Below are positions 40,776 through 52,036 of a DNA stretch of 64,000 nucleotides, piece after piece. The stretch covers positions 1,632,001-1,696,000 of the forward strand of contig OY970067.1 in the NCBI GenBank assembly GCA_963705305.1, in the 5' to 3' direction. The notes under the pieces are model-generated. The model did no database searches and was not told the DNA's origin. It was given only the letters and a program-made list of their open reading frames with translations. The stretch is from an uncultured Methylomirabilota bacterium (GTDB lineage Bacteria > Methylomirabilota > Methylomirabilia > Methylomirabilales > 2-02-FULL-66-22). How positions within the stretch are numbered: the first letter of the stretch is position 1; every line of letters starts with the position of its first letter. Made by a program: the position numbers and the translations under genes.

Positions 40776-41729
40776 GTGGCGCATGCGTCTTTGAAGGAGC
40801 CCCAGACGAGTCACACAGCAATACGCCCCTCCGAGATACTCGGCAAGGCGGCCGGAGGCCCGTCGGCTCTCGCTGCCGGGTCCCGGCGGAACCGGTCCCT
40901 CGTCTGGGCTAAGTTCCGCCGCAATCGGCTGGCCTCCGCCAGTGCGGTTGTCGTGGTTCTCCTCGTGCTGCTTGCAATCTTCGCCCCCTGGGTCGCCCCC
41001 CACGACCCACTCTACATCGACATGGGCCACAAATTCGCCAAGCCCGGTCAGGCCGGGTTCCTGTTGGGCACCGACGAGCTAGGCCGAGATCTCCTCAGCC
41101 GTCTCCTGTACGCTGGCCGGGTTTCCCTCGCCGTCGGACTGGTAACTGCGCTGGTTTCGGTAGTGATTGGATCAGTGCTCGGTGCCCTGGCCGCGTATTA
41201 TGGGCGGGCCGTCGATGCCCTGATTATGCGGTTTGCGGACGTGCTGCTCTCCATACCGACGATCTTTCTGTTGCTAGCCCTCTCGGCGTTCCTCAAGGCC
41301 GACCTAACTACCATCATTCTGATCATCAGCTCGAACTCCTGGATGCCGGTGGCATGCTTGGTCCGCGGCCAGATCCTCTCGATCAAGCAGCAGGAGTTTA
41401 TCCTGGCGGCTCGCGCACTCGGGGCGAGCGACACCCGACTCATCTTCGCGCAACTCTTGCCAAACGCACTGGCTCCGGTTCTGGTCGCGGCAACATTAAA
41501 CGTGGCGACTGCCATCCTGACGGAATCGTTCTTGAGTTTCCTCGGGTACGGCATCCAACCCCCGACAGCGAGTTGGGGAAACATGCTCAACAACGCTCAG
41601 GCCTACGTCCTCTACGCCCCCTGGGTGGCAGTCTATCCTGGAATCATGATCACCCTGACCGTGCTGGGCTTCAACTTTGCCGGAGACGGACTGCGCGACG
41701 CTCTGGATCCCCGACTAAGCATCTACTGA
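40776..41729 (+). CDS. Opp/Dpp-type ABC permease C
   Basis: LGTDELGRDLLSRL, EFILAARALGA, LSFLGYG and GDGLRDALDPR motifs. Confidence 0.95.
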   Translation: MAHASLKEPQTSHTAIRPSEILGKAAGGPSALAAGSRRNRSLVWAKFRRNRLASASAVVVVLLVLLAIFAPWVAPHDPLYIDMGHKFAKPGQAGFLLGTDELGRDLLSRLLYAGRVSLAVGLVTALVSVVIGSVLGALAAYYGRAVDALIMRFADVLLSIPTIFLLLALSAFLKADLTTIILIISSNSWMPVACLVRGQILSIKQQEFILAARALGASDTRLIFAQLLPNALAPVLVAATLNVATAILTESFLSFLGYGIQPPTASWGNMLNNAQAYVLYAPWVAVYPGIMITLTVLGFNFAGDGLRDALDPRLSIY

Positions 41730-41822
41730 GCGTTGACCGGAAGGGTTCGCGAGTGTGCGGGGTAGGTCGGGGTTGATGTGAGGACCATGTGCCTCTCGCT
41801 AACACCCAACAAGGAGGATGCC

Positions 41823-43550
41823 ATGGCGACGCGGGGGAAGATCGACAAATGCAGCGCCAGCAAATTGCTCTCTCGGCGGCAGCTACTCAAAAGCGGAACC
41901 GTCGCCAGTGGCCTGGCTGCAGCAGGCATGCTGTGGCCAGGCCATGGCGGCGCTGCCCAGACGGCGCAGCCTGTCCAACCTGTACCGACCACCTCGGCTC
42001 TCCAACCGCAGAAGGGGGGCCAGATCACCGTTGGCACCTCGCAGGAACTGGAGACCTTCAATCCCCTGATGCCTTTTTTCGAGGCCCAGCGAGGCGTCCA
42101 AATGTGCATCTTCGATTCTCTTTGGCGGATGGATCCCAAGGGAAACTATGTCCCCAACTTGGCGGCCGAAATTCCGACGCAGACCAACGGAGGCATCTCC
42201 AAAGACGGGACGCTCTTTACTGTGAAGCTCCGCAAGAATGCCAAATGGCATGACGGTCAACCCTTTACCGCCAAAGACGTCGTGTTCCACTGGCAGACGA
42301 TTCTAAATCCCAAGGTGAGGGTTCACACGACTTCGGGTTTTGATCAGATCGCATCGATGTGGACCACAGATGACTTCACGGTGAAGTTCAAGATGAAGGA
42401 GACCTACGCTCCCATCCTGGTGACCCTCTCCGACATGTACATCGTACCGGAGCACATCCTGTCCAAGAGTCCGGACATCAACAAGGATGAGTTTAACACC
42501 AAGCGACCCATCGGCACCGGACCCTTCAAGTTCGTGGAGTGGGTGATGGGAGACCACGTTACGCTGGAGGCCAACCGGGCGTATCACGGCCCTGGGCCTT
42601 ACCTGGATCGGGTCAACTTCAAGTTCACCCCCGACCTCAACGTACTGTTCACCCAGCTCCAGACGGGTGAGGTCGACATCTTCGGACAGCAGGGTATTCC
42701 GGCAGATCTCTTCTCCGATGTGAAGAAGCTGCCCAACGTCAAGGCGTTCGCGACCCCTTCTTACACCTGGGAGGCCATTTGCCCCAACATGCTCTTGCCA
42801 CTCTTTCATGACAAACGAGTTCGGCAGGCCATTTACTTTGGTATGGACAAGAAGCCGATCATCGACAAGGTCTACCTTGGGGTCGAGCTGGAAGCAGAAA
42901 CTTACATTCCCCCCATGTCCTGGGCCTACAATCCCAAGGTCAAGGGGTATCACAAGTACGATCCCGAGAAGGCCAAGCAGTTACTAGAAGAGGCGGGCTG
43001 GAAGGTCGGTCCGGATGGTATCCGCGTCAAGGACGGGAAACGCCTCACCATCGAGAATGCTTGCACCGCCGGCAATCAGCAACGGGAGCAGACACAGCAG
43101 ATCCTACAGCAGCAGTGGCGAAACATCGGCGTCGAGTTGGCGATCAATAACAAGCCAGCCGCTGTTCTTTTTGGCGAATTCTACCGGATGTCCAAGTTCC
43201 AGACGATATTCAACGGGATGCCGGTCGCTGGTGGCGACCCAGACATTACCTTCCGTCTGGATAGCAAGTACATCCCCGCCAAAGGTGGCATGGGTCGGAA
43301 TAGTGTTGCGTACGAGAATCCAAAAGTGGACCAGCTGTGTGAAGCCGGGGCACGAGAGATGAATCGGGAGAAGCGAAAGAAAATCTATTGGGACCTCCAA
43401 GAGATATTGGTGGACGAACTTCCGTATCTACCGATGTTTCATTATGTAATGCTCCGAGGGGCGCAGACCCGCGTTCAAAACTTCTGGCCGAACCCCTGCA
43501 TGTATGATGACATGTGGAATGCGAATGAGTGGTGGGTCAAGAAAGCGTGA
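41823..43550 (+). CDS. Family 5 (Opp/Dpp) substrate-binding protein with Tat signal
   Basis: SRRQLLK twin-arginine motif; PNLAAEIPT, KWHDGQPFTAKDV and PIGTGPFKF motifs. Confidence 0.93.
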   Translation: MATRGKIDKCSASKLLSRRQLLKSGTVASGLAAAGMLWPGHGGAAQTAQPVQPVPTTSALQPQKGGQITVGTSQELETFNPLMPFFEAQRGVQMCIFDSLWRMDPKGNYVPNLAAEIPTQTNGGISKDGTLFTVKLRKNAKWHDGQPFTAKDVVFHWQTILNPKVRVHTTSGFDQIASMWTTDDFTVKFKMKETYAPILVTLSDMYIVPEHILSKSPDINKDEFNTKRPIGTGPFKFVEWVMGDHVTLEANRAYHGPGPYLDRVNFKFTPDLNVLFTQLQTGEVDIFGQQGIPADLFSDVKKLPNVKAFATPSYTWEAICPNMLLPLFHDKRVRQAIYFGMDKKPIIDKVYLGVELEAETYIPPMSWAYNPKVKGYHKYDPEKAKQLLEEAGWKVGPDGIRVKDGKRLTIENACTAGNQQREQTQQILQQQWRNIGVELAINNKPAAVLFGEFYRMSKFQTIFNGMPVAGGDPDITFRLDSKYIPAKGGMGRNSVAYENPKVDQLCEAGAREMNREKRKKIYWDLQEILVDELPYLPMFHYVMLRGAQTRVQNFWPNPCMYDDMWNANEWWVKKA

Positions 43551-43860
43551 GGTGACGCCCAAAGTTAACTGACGTTGTAGTGTCGATTCCGATGCGGAAG
43601 GAGACGCAGTGTGACACTCAATGTTCCATTTGCTGTGACGTATATTCGCTTTGGCCGTTCCCGAGATCGGGGCCTCTTACTCGTCCGATAGGGCATGAAG
43701 TGGAAGGAGATCGGATCGGGTGAGCTACAACTTTGGCGGAGGACCCGAAGTGTCGACAGTCGCGGTTAGCGGGCGGCGGCATTTAACCACACTGGTCTGA
43801 GGTGAATTGAGCGCGAAAGAGTCACACTCTCTCTTTGCACGATTGAGAAGGAGGGACCCT

Positions 43861-44158
43861 TTGACTGAGAAAGGGCTCAGGGGAACAGGCAAATGTACAC
43901 CGTGGGCCAGAGGTACATCTCTCCGTAGGTGAAGAGGCAATCGTCGCATACGAAGGAGAGACGATTGCGGCTGCCCTCCTTGCGACGGGGCACCGCGGGT
44001 TTCGCCACACAGTCAGCGGTGAGCCAAGGGGTATGTTTTGTGGGATCGGCCTGTGTTATGACTGTATGGTAACGATAGAGGGAGTGGGCAATGTCCGTGC
44101 CTGTATCACCCCGGTACGCGAGGGAATGAAGGTCATCACATCACCGGTCACCCCCTAG
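43861..44158 (+). CDS. Small (2Fe-2S)-binding subunit (HcnA/opine-oxidase-ferredoxin-like), missing from the ORF track; one extra base near the 5' end
   Basis: Hand translation: VHRGPEVHLSVGEEAIVAYEGETIAAALLATGHRGFRHTVSGEPRGMFCGIGLCYDCMVTIEGVGNVRACITPVREGM. The TTG at 43861 after AGGAGG is one base out of frame, across AAAGGG/AGGGGAA runs. Confidence 0.85.
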
Positions 44159-44236
44159 GGTATTGCAAGCCCTTTACGGGCCAAATAATACTCTCGCGAG
44201 GAGAGCCTAGTGGCGATCTTCGGCGAACTGCACAAT

Positions 44237-45520
44237 AGCGGTGGCCCCAAAGAGCTGGACAGGAATCGGGGCGCGATAAGTGAAACTCTGCCGGGGTCAC
44301 GTTACGCCGCCTCGAGCTGAGGCCGCGAGGCAAAGTAGACCATATCGGGGGTCTGGCCGTCCAGCGCTGTGTGAGGCCGGCCTTGGTTGTAAAAAGTAAA
44401 ATAGGCGACCAGGTGCCGCTGGGCGTCAGGCACCGAGTCATAGGCATGCAGGTACACTTCCTCGTACTTGACGGTCTTCCAGAGGCGCTCAACGAAGCAG
44501 TTGTCGCGCCAGGCCCCCTTGCCGTCCATGCTGAGGGCGATGCCGTGCTGCTGGACCAGGGCGACGAAGGCCATGCTGGTGAACTGGCTCCCCTGGTCGG
44601 TGTTCAGGATCTCCGGGCAGCCGTGGGCCCGGATCGCGGCCTCCAGGGCCTCCAGGCAACCGTCCCCGGTCAGGGTGTTCGAGAGGCGCCAGGCCAGGAC
44701 CCGGCGGGTCGCCCAGTCCAGCACGGCCACCAGGTAGAGGAAGCCCCGGCGCATGGGGAGGTACGTGATGTCCATGGCCCAGACCTGGTTCGGGGCCGTG
44801 ATCGCCAGGGTGCGCAGCAAGTACGGGAACCCCCGGGGCCCCGGGTGCGGCTGGGTGGTGCGGGGGTGCCGGTACAGCGCTGCGATCCCCATCCGCCGCA
44901 TCAACGTGGCCACGTGCTTCCGGCCGACGGCCATGCCCCGGAGGCGCAGCAGGTCCCGGAGCATCCGGCTCCCAGCGAAGGGATGCAGCAGGTGCAGCTC
45001 GTCGAGCTGCCGCATCAGGGCCAGGTCCCCTGCGCGGACGGGGCGCGGGGTGTAGTAGACCGAGGACCGAGTCACGGCCACCAGGCGGCACTGGTGCGTG
45101 ACGGGCAGGGGGTGCTGGCGGTCGATCATCGCTTCGCGCTCGCATCGGGGATGCGACCGAGCGCGCCGGCCAAAAAATCGTTCTCCAGGACCAGCTGGCC
45201 GATCTTCGCGTGCAACGCCTTGACATCCGGCACGCTGGCCTGGCGCTCGGCGGACGTGGCGAAGAGCTCCAGCGCCCGCTCCAGGAGCTGGGCCTTCCAC
45301 TGCGTGATCTGGTTGGGGTGGACGTTCGAACTGCTGCGCGAGCTCGGCGAGGGTTCGATCGCCCTTCAGGGCAGCCAGGGCGACCTTGGCCTTGAAGGCG
45401 GGGGCGTGGTTCCGTCGGGACCGTTTCATGGGCTGCTCTCCTTGTGGGACGGCGATGCGTCCCGTCCAGTAGAGCAGAGTTTTCACTTAAACGCCTGTCC
45501 TATTTTCCGGAACCGGCTCT
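44237..45520 (-). mobile_element. IS3 family element, copy 1 (AG...CT ends)
   Basis: AAT target duplication. OrfA MKRSRRNHAPAFKAKVALAA has a +1 base at 45321-45327. OrfB has WAMDIT, NTDQGSQF and ERLWKTVKYE. Confidence 0.92.
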
Positions 45521-45621
45521 AATCATGGAATTGTCAAACGCCGGGAGTCGCCCGGCACAGCCGGAGGGTTACCTTAGGGAACTTAGGGCCAGCTATGCCA
45601 GGTTGGAGGTAGAAACCAGCA

Positions 45622-47088
45622 ATGCGAGAAGTGGAGATTGCTATCGTAGGTGCCGGGCCGGCGGGACTGGCCGCTGCTCTCGAGGCGGCCGAGATCGGAG
45701 TGGAGGCTGTTGTCATCGAGGAATACCACACTCTCGGTGGCCAGTTCTACAAGCAGGTTCCGGAAGGATTCTCTCTCAACAATCCCAGGAAGGAAGGCCG
45801 CCAGTATGCCGATGGGGCGGAGATCATTCGGCGACTGCAGAGTACGGGTGTGGAGCTTATGACCGATACACTCGTCTGGGGCATCTTCGGTGAGCGGACT
45901 TTGGCCCTCTACCGAAACGACCGTACGGAATTCCTCCGTCCCAAGAAACTCGTCCTTGCCCCTGGTGCCCAGGAAGTTCCGATCGCGTTTCCGGGATGGA
46001 CCTTGCCCGGCGTAATGATGGGAGGTGCGGCCCAGACTCTCCTGGTAACTCAGCGGATCCTGCCAGGACGAAAGGTGGTACTCGCCGGAGTCGGTCCCCT
46101 CCAACTAAAGGTGGCTAGCCAGCTCGTAGAGGCTGGAGTGGAGGTGGTCGATGTTCTCGAGGCCTCTGCAAGGTCACCAATCTCGATGGAGAACGCCCTT
46201 CGATCATTAGGCCACTGGAGCAAAATGCGAGAAGGGATAGAGTATTGGTTAAAGCTCCAGAGGGCGCGAGCCCCCTATCACGAGCGGCAGGTACCGGTAC
46301 GGGCGTTGGGCAGGGACGATCTAGAAGCCGTGGTTGTGGCCGAGGTAGACGAGGACTGGGAGGTCGTGCCAGGTACCGAACGAACACTGGAGGCGGACTG
46401 CCTCTGTCTATCCTACGGATTCCTACCTTCTATCCAGCTGGCGAGTCTCGTGGGTTGCAGGCTGCTCTTTGAGGAACGCGCTGGTGGATGGATAACCTGG
46501 CATGATGTTAATCAGCAGACCAGCATCGAAGGCGTGTATGTGGCCGGTGAAGTAGGCGGCATCGGGGGCGCGGATGTCGCTGAAGAAGAGGGTCGACTGG
46601 CTGTGATTGCGGCAGCACGCTCCCTGGGGCGCCTTGCTGCCTGCGACCGCCAGCGAGAGGAGCGACGGGCCCGTAAGAGACTAGGATCGGCTCGGCGGTT
46701 TGCTGAGCTGGCAGGCGACATGATGGCTATCAAACCTGGCCTTTTTGGCATCATCACCGATGACACGGTAATCTGTCGCTGTGAGGAAGTTACTGCCGGC
46801 CAAGTGAAAAAGACGCTCTTCGATGGCGACCCCACCCCACGGGGGGTGAAGACCCGCACCCGCGCAGGAATGGGTCGGTGCCAGGGGCGGATGTGTGGTT
46901 TCCTGGTGCGGCAGCTTCTCAGCAGAGAAACCCGAACTCCCCTCAGTGAGATCCCGCTCGATACACTTCGACCGCCAGTGAAGCCCGTTCCGGTCCACGC
47001 CTTGTCCACGACTGCTGACCTGTGGCAGGACGGAGCCCTATCAATCGAGCGAGGGCATGGAGGAGAAGGTGACGCGAATCATAGATGA
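45622..47088 (+). CDS. FAD/NAD(P)-binding oxidoreductase with C-terminal BFD-like [2Fe-2S] domain (OoxA/HcnB-like)
   Basis: GAGPAG, GGQFY, FPGWTLPGVM, ICRCEEV, RAGMGRCQGRMC and RPPVKP motifs. Confidence 0.9.
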   Translation: MREVEIAIVGAGPAGLAAALEAAEIGVEAVVIEEYHTLGGQFYKQVPEGFSLNNPRKEGRQYADGAEIIRRLQSTGVELMTDTLVWGIFGERTLALYRNDRTEFLRPKKLVLAPGAQEVPIAFPGWTLPGVMMGGAAQTLLVTQRILPGRKVVLAGVGPLQLKVASQLVEAGVEVVDVLEASARSPISMENALRSLGHWSKMREGIEYWLKLQRARAPYHERQVPVRALGRDDLEAVVVAEVDEDWEVVPGTERTLEADCLCLSYGFLPSIQLASLVGCRLLFEERAGGWITWHDVNQQTSIEGVYVAGEVGGIGGADVAEEEGRLAVIAAARSLGRLAACDRQREERRARKRLGSARRFAELAGDMMAIKPGLFGIITDDTVICRCEEVTAGQVKKTLFDGDPTPRGVKTRTRAGMGRCQGRMCGFLVRQLLSRETRTPLSEIPLDTLRPPVKPVPVHALSTTADLWQDGALSIERGHGGEGDANHR

Positions 47089-48247
47089 GGCAGAGGTAGT
47101 CGTCATCGGGGGGGGGATCATCGGATGCTCTATTGGTTACCATCTCGCAAAGGCTGGCCACAAGGTGGTATTGATGGAGAAGGAAGTCATCGGCTTCATG
47201 GAATCAGGTCGTAATGGCGGCGGAGTGCGACAGCAGGGGCGTGATTTGAGGGAATTGCCGATGGCTATGGAATCCATCAAGATGTGGCAAACCCTGGGCG
47301 AAGAGTTGGAGTGTGACAATGAGTACCGGCGCGGCGGCAATCTTCTCGTTGCCACTAACGATGAAGAAGCAGAGCACATTAAGCTCGCGGTGGCTCGGCA
47401 GCAATCGCTCGGGCTTGACTTGTCCTTTCTGAGTGGGAAGGAGGCGAGGCAAGTCTGCCCAGCTCTTTCAGACTCTATCGTGGCGGCAAGCTATTGCCCA
47501 ACCGACGGAAAAGCCAACCCGATGGCCACCACAATTGGCTTCGGACGAGCAGCCGCACGTTCTGGTGTCAGGGTCATGCTCCACACGGAAGCAGTAGGTA
47601 TCGAGGTGGTCGATGGGGAGGTCCGAGGCGTTACGACCCAGGAGGGAATGGTTCGGACGCCAGTGGTGGTCAATGCAGCTGGACCCTGGGCACGCCGAAT
47701 TGGAGAACTGGCTGGGTGTAACGTTCCTGTCATTAACCGGCGGAACCAGATCATGGCAACCGAGAGACTCCCTCCGTTGTTTGATCAATTCGTTTCGGGT
47801 AGTACCGTCTACTTCAACCAGACTCGGGCCGGTAGTGTTGTCATTGGGGGGAGCGGCCCTTGGGAGCGAGTAAGTTACGAGACTGCAACCACAGGTAAGA
47901 CGATCATGCGCTATGCTGGTCGATCCAGCACACTTCTCCCAGCTCTTAAAATGAGTACAGTGGTGAGGGCCTGGGCCGGGATTTCGGGGAGAACGATAGA
48001 TGAGATCCCGATTATGGGATTCGTTGACAGACCGAAAGGGTTCTGTAACGCTTGTGGATTCAGTGGACACGGTTTCGCACTGGGACCGATCAGTGGAAAG
48101 CTCATCGCGGAGATGATCCTATGCGGTAGGCCTTCGCTCTCGTTGGATGCCTTTCAGATCGGACGCTTTCCTCTGGACTTCGACCCAATTGCCGCGTACG
48201 AACGGATCCGGGTGCAAGAACCGCCCATCTTGGGGCCTGGCGGGTAG
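47057..48247 (+). CDS. FAD-dependent oxidoreductase, DAO family (OoxB/HcnC/SoxB-like)
   Basis: IGGGIIG, SGRNGGGVRQQ, VVNAAGPW, RAWAG and GFSGHGF motifs. Confidence 0.92.
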   Translation: MEEKVTRIIDEAEVVVIGGGIIGCSIGYHLAKAGHKVVLMEKEVIGFMESGRNGGGVRQQGRDLRELPMAMESIKMWQTLGEELECDNEYRRGGNLLVATNDEEAEHIKLAVARQQSLGLDLSFLSGKEARQVCPALSDSIVAASYCPTDGKANPMATTIGFGRAAARSGVRVMLHTEAVGIEVVDGEVRGVTTQEGMVRTPVVVNAAGPWARRIGELAGCNVPVINRRNQIMATERLPPLFDQFVSGSTVYFNQTRAGSVVIGGSGPWERVSYETATTGKTIMRYAGRSSTLLPALKMSTVVRAWAGISGRTIDEIPIMGFVDRPKGFCNACGFSGHGFALGPISGKLIAEMILCGRPSLSLDAFQIGRFPLDFDPIAAYERIRVQEPPILGPGG

Positions 48248-48332
48248 ACTCTCTTCCACGGTAGTCTGGTTAAGGGAGAAGAAGATCGCGTGGGCTCGTT
48301 CGGTGCGAATCTAAGGCGCAGTCTGTCGTTAG

Positions 48333-48526
48333 CCCAAGTTCCGCAGTTGGGGGTTCACGAGAACATAACCGAGGCTCGGCGTTGGCGTAAGTCTGCGCCT
48401 GCTGGCACCAGGACGCCGATAAACGGCATGTAGTGGCGACCTCCCCACTGACGGGGCCCGAGATCTCGCGTATATCGGGCCCAGTATGTACCTGCGCCAC
48501 AGCACGCGCCGCAAGGACGGGAAGGC
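48333..48526 (+). mobile_element. IS1634-like left end and transposase start, cut by IS3
   Basis: CCCAAGTTCCGCAGTT terminus; ATG 48486 gives MYLRHSTRRKDGK, typical of IS1634 N-termini, ending at the IS3 boundary. Confidence 0.55.
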
Positions 48527-49811
48527 AGAGCCGGCCCCGCAAAATAGGACAAGCGCGTAAGTGAGAACTCTGCTCTACTAGACGGGACGATGGCCCGTCC
48601 CGGAAAGGAGAGCAGCGGATGAAACGCCCTCGACGGAATCACGCCCCCGCGTTCAAGGCTAAGGTGGCCCTCGCCGCCCTGAACGGGGACAAGACGCTGG
48701 CCGAACCCGCGCAGCAGTTCGACGTGCACCCGAACCAGATCACCCAGTGGAAGAGCCAGCTCCTGGAACGGGCCATCGAGCTTTTCACCACTCCCGCCGA
48801 GCGCCAGGCAGCCGGCCGCGGCGTCAAAGCGTTGCACGCGAAGATCGGCCAGCTGGTCTTGGCGAACGCTTGTTTGGCCGGCGCGCTCGGTCGGCTCCCC
48901 GATGCGAGCGGCAAGCGATGATTGACCGGCAGCATGCCCTGCCGATGGTGCGTCAGTGCCGACTCCTGGCGCTCCCGCGGTCGTCGGTGGCCTCCACGCC
49001 CCCTCCGGGGCCCCCGGCGGACTTGGCCCTGATGCGCCAGCTCGACGCGCGGCACCTGGAACACCCCTTCGCCGGGAGCCGGATGCTCCGGGACCTGCTC
49101 CGGCTGCGGGGCGTGGTCGTCGGGCGGAAGCACGTAGCCACGTTGATGCGCCGGATGGGCATCGTCGCGCTCTACCGGCCGCCCCGGACCACCCAGCCGC
49201 ACTCGGGGCATCGGGTGTTCCCGGTCCCTGCTCCGGGATCTGGCGATTACGCAGCCCAACCAGGTCTGGGCGATGGATCTCACGTACCTCCCGATGCGCC
49301 ACGGCTTCCTCTACCTCGTCGCCGTCCTGGACTGGGCGACCCGCCGCGGCCTGGCGTGGCGCCTCTCGAACCCGCGGACCACCGACTGCTGTCTCGACGC
49401 CTTGGAGGCGGCTGTCCGCGCCCACGGCTGCCCGGGGATCCTCAACACCGACCAGGGCAGCCAGTTCACGAGTACGGCCTTCGTTCATATGGTGCACCAG
49501 CACGGCATCCAGCTCAGCATGGATGGCAAAGGCGCCTGGCGCGATAACCTCTTCGTCGAGCGCCTCTGGAAGAGCGTGAAGTACGAGGAAGTCTACCTGC
49601 ATGCGTATGCCACAGTGCGCGAGGCTCAGCGGGGCTTGGCCCGGTACTTCACCTTCTACAACTCCGGCCGCCCTCATGCGGCGCTGGACGGCCGGACCCC
49701 GGATATGGTCTACTTTGCCTTGCAGTCTCAGCCCGAGGCCGCGTAACGTGACCCGAGCAGAGCTTCACTTAGTGCGCCCGGATTCCTGTCCAACTCCGTG
49801 GGGCCACCTCC
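48527..49811 (+). mobile_element. IS3 family element, copy 2; diverged, orfB frameshifted near 49225
   Basis: Homologous to 44237-45520 in the opposite orientation. OrfA 48619-48921. OrfB split into ORFs ending 49547 and 49746. No target duplication. Confidence 0.9.
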
Positions 49812-49939
49812 CTGCGCAATAATTCGCTCCCTCCCTTTCCCTGTAACTGATAGCCTTCCCTCTCTGGGGTCCAAACCGTTTTCTTATCTAGATCAGCCAG
49901 GGGAGCGGTCTGGACGGCCCACCCGGAGCCGTTGCCAGT

Positions 49940-50420
49940 TGTGTTCCGCAAATTCATTCCTCCGGTGACGCTGCTAGCCTTTCCAGCTGGTATTCGGGAT
50001 GGAGTCCGCCCACAATCGATTGCGCTCCGACCCGGCGCTCGCGCGGGAGCAGATGGCCGACCATCGGCGCGACCGGGGGCTCGGGCGGCGGGGGCGGCAC
50101 GCCCGGCCCAAGGGACGAGAGAGGACGGCCGCGGCGAGACCCGACCCCGGGGCCAGCAGAAGCTCCGCGGCCATCGGTGCCTAGCCCCCGGTGACGGTGT
50201 CCCGGGCTATGGCCGCGCTCAGGCGCTGGGGCTCCGCTGGACGCCGGGGCCGCCCGGGGCGGCACCGTCCACGCCAGCAGCGTCGAAATGCCTCGCGGGG
50301 CCGACGGGAGAGATGTGCGAAGAGACCGAATGTCAGCCGCGAGGGCGGTCCGCGACCGAAGGCTGGCGGGCCGGAACCACACGCGATCCCTCGGGAGCGC
50401 CGCCAAAGCCTAGCCCCGTT
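49940..50420 (-). mobile_element. Heavily decayed IS481-like element
   Basis: ASLRSRTALAAD and SIVGGLHPEYQLERLAA fragments; terminus TGTGTTCCGCAAATTCATTC at 49940. Confidence 0.7.
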
Positions 50421-50483
50421 CAACACAGGACCGCAACCGTGGCATGCCCAACCCCGGGGGCCCCTCTTCAGAGGGAAGTCCCG

Positions 50484-50813
50484 TCAGGTGTGATTCAAAG
50501 CGGGGAGTCTATCAGGGCCGAGGGCACTCGCGATGACCCGGGCCCCGAGGCACACCCCGAGGACGGCGACGCCCCGCTGGATCGCCTCGCGGAGAAATTC
50601 CTTCTCGGGCCGGAGCCACGGCAGGGTGGTCTCGTCGTTCACGCTCATCGGCCCACCCGGCGCGATGATGAGATCAAGTCCGTTCACGGGGGGGAGGCTG
50701 GGATCGGCAGAGAACCACGTCGTCGTGATCTTGGCGTGCCGCGCCTCGAGCCAGGGGGCGATGCTGCCGAGCCCCTCGAAGGGCACGTGCTGGAGGACGT
50801 GGACGTTCATCAT
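50484..50813 (-). pseudogene. Class I glutamine amidotransferase, C-terminally truncated
   Basis: LQHVPFEGLG, GGPMSVND and LGVCLG are present; the His-Pro-Glu part is missing. Start overlaps the MFS stop (ATGA). Confidence 0.85.
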
Positions 50814-52036
50814 GTCCTCGCCCTCATCTCGAGCAGTGCAGGAATCGAGGCGAGCAAGAATGAGCCGACCATGGCTGCGGCCATGAGCGCAAACGCTAGC
50901 GTGTACGTTCCCAGCCGATCGAACACTAATCCCGCAACGTACGGGCCGATCATGCTTCCAAGGCTGAACCCAACGTTCTGGAGCCCGAGCAGATGCCCGA
51001 GACGGGGCCCTTGGAGCCGGTCGGTGAGAAGAGCTGCAAACACGGGCGGGGCACTGCCGCTGGCCAGGCCTGCGGTGACCACGCACACCCCAAGCATCCA
51101 GCCGTGCCCCGGGCGGGTCGCCAGGAGCGCACTATATCCCAACGCGTACAGGACCGCGATGCCGGCGTAGGTTGGCAGCCGCCCGATGCGGTCGGAGAGG
51201 GCCCCCGACACTAAGCCCCCGATCGTTGCCAGTGCGAATGTCCCTGAGAACGCCGCCGCCGCAGCCATCTTGGAAAACCCGACATCGACGAGATACGGCG
51301 CCACGTGCACAACGAGCGCGTACATGCTCGTGCCGCGCAGGATATTCGCGGCGAAGATGCACCAGTAGCCGGAAGGGAATCCCTGCGCCGTCTCGTCCAG
51401 AGATGCTTTCGCCGGAACAGGGTCCACGGCCGGGCGCCCATCCGGGGAGAGGCCGATCTCCTGAGGGTCATCGCGTACCAGGCCCAGAAGCAGCGGCAGG
51501 GAGGTCGTAAGGATTAGGATGCCGAAGAGCGCATAGGTGGACCGCCATCCGACCTCCGCAATTCCCCATTGCGCCAGGGGCGCAAACAGCGCCGCGCCTA
51601 GCGGAAGGGCGGCAAGGACCCAGCCGGTGGCGAGCCCCCGGTAGCGGACAAACCACCGGGCGATCAAGGCGTTGTTTGGCACATAGGAAATCCCGCCGTC
51701 GGCAAGCCCTCCGAGGACGCCGAACGCGAGAGAGAGCTGCCAAAACTGCCGGACTTGACTGCACGCGAGGAGGACCAAGGCCCAGATGACTGTGCTCCCG
51801 ACGAGTACCCTGCGGGGGCCGACACGATCGATCAAAGCGCCGAGGCCCCAGCCGCTCAGGCCATACACGATAATGTGCACGGAGAATATCCCGGCCATTC
51901 GGCTTCGACTCCCCCCAAATTCCTCAAGTAACGCGATGAGAAACACTGAAAAGACCTGGCGGGGCCCGACCGAAATCATGAAGGCAAGGAACACCACTCC
52001 GGCGATAATCCATCCATGGAAAATTCTAGAACGCAT
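50810..52036 (-). CDS. MFS transporter
   Basis: GALIDRVGPR, WFVRYRGLATG, GALSDRIGR and GLVFDRLGTY motifs. Confidence 0.92.
   Translation of the reverse strand: MRSRIFHGWIIAGVVFLAFMISVGPRQVFSVFLIALLEEFGGSRSRMAGIFSVHIIVYGLSGWGLGALIDRVGPRRVLVGSTVIWALVLLACSQVRQFWQLSLAFGVLGGLADGGISYVPNNALIARWFVRYRGLATGWVLAALPLGAALFAPLAQWGIAEVGWRSTYALFGILILTTSLPLLLGLVRDDPQEIGLSPDGRPAVDPVPAKASLDETAQGFPSGYWCIFAANILRGTSMYALVVHVAPYLVDVGFSKMAAAAAFSGTFALATIGGLVSGALSDRIGRLPTYAGIAVLYALGYSALLATRPGHGWMLGVCVVTAGLASGSAPPVFAALLTDRLQGPRLGHLLGLQNVGFSLGSMIGPYVAGLVFDRLGTYTLAFALMAAAMVGSFLLASIPALLEMRART

Noticed and set aside
43861..48247. HCN synthase hcnABC assignment
   Set aside because: The architecture is shared with several dehydrogenases; it cannot be resolved by eye and the context favours catabolism.
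5123..50810. Other GACGTTC/GAACGTC sites (near 5123, 5321, 13767, 27912, 50802)
   Set aside because: They are in frame within uninterrupted conserved coding sequence (VNVI, VNVK, VTFF, KDVL, MNVH), so they are natural and were not counted as insertions.
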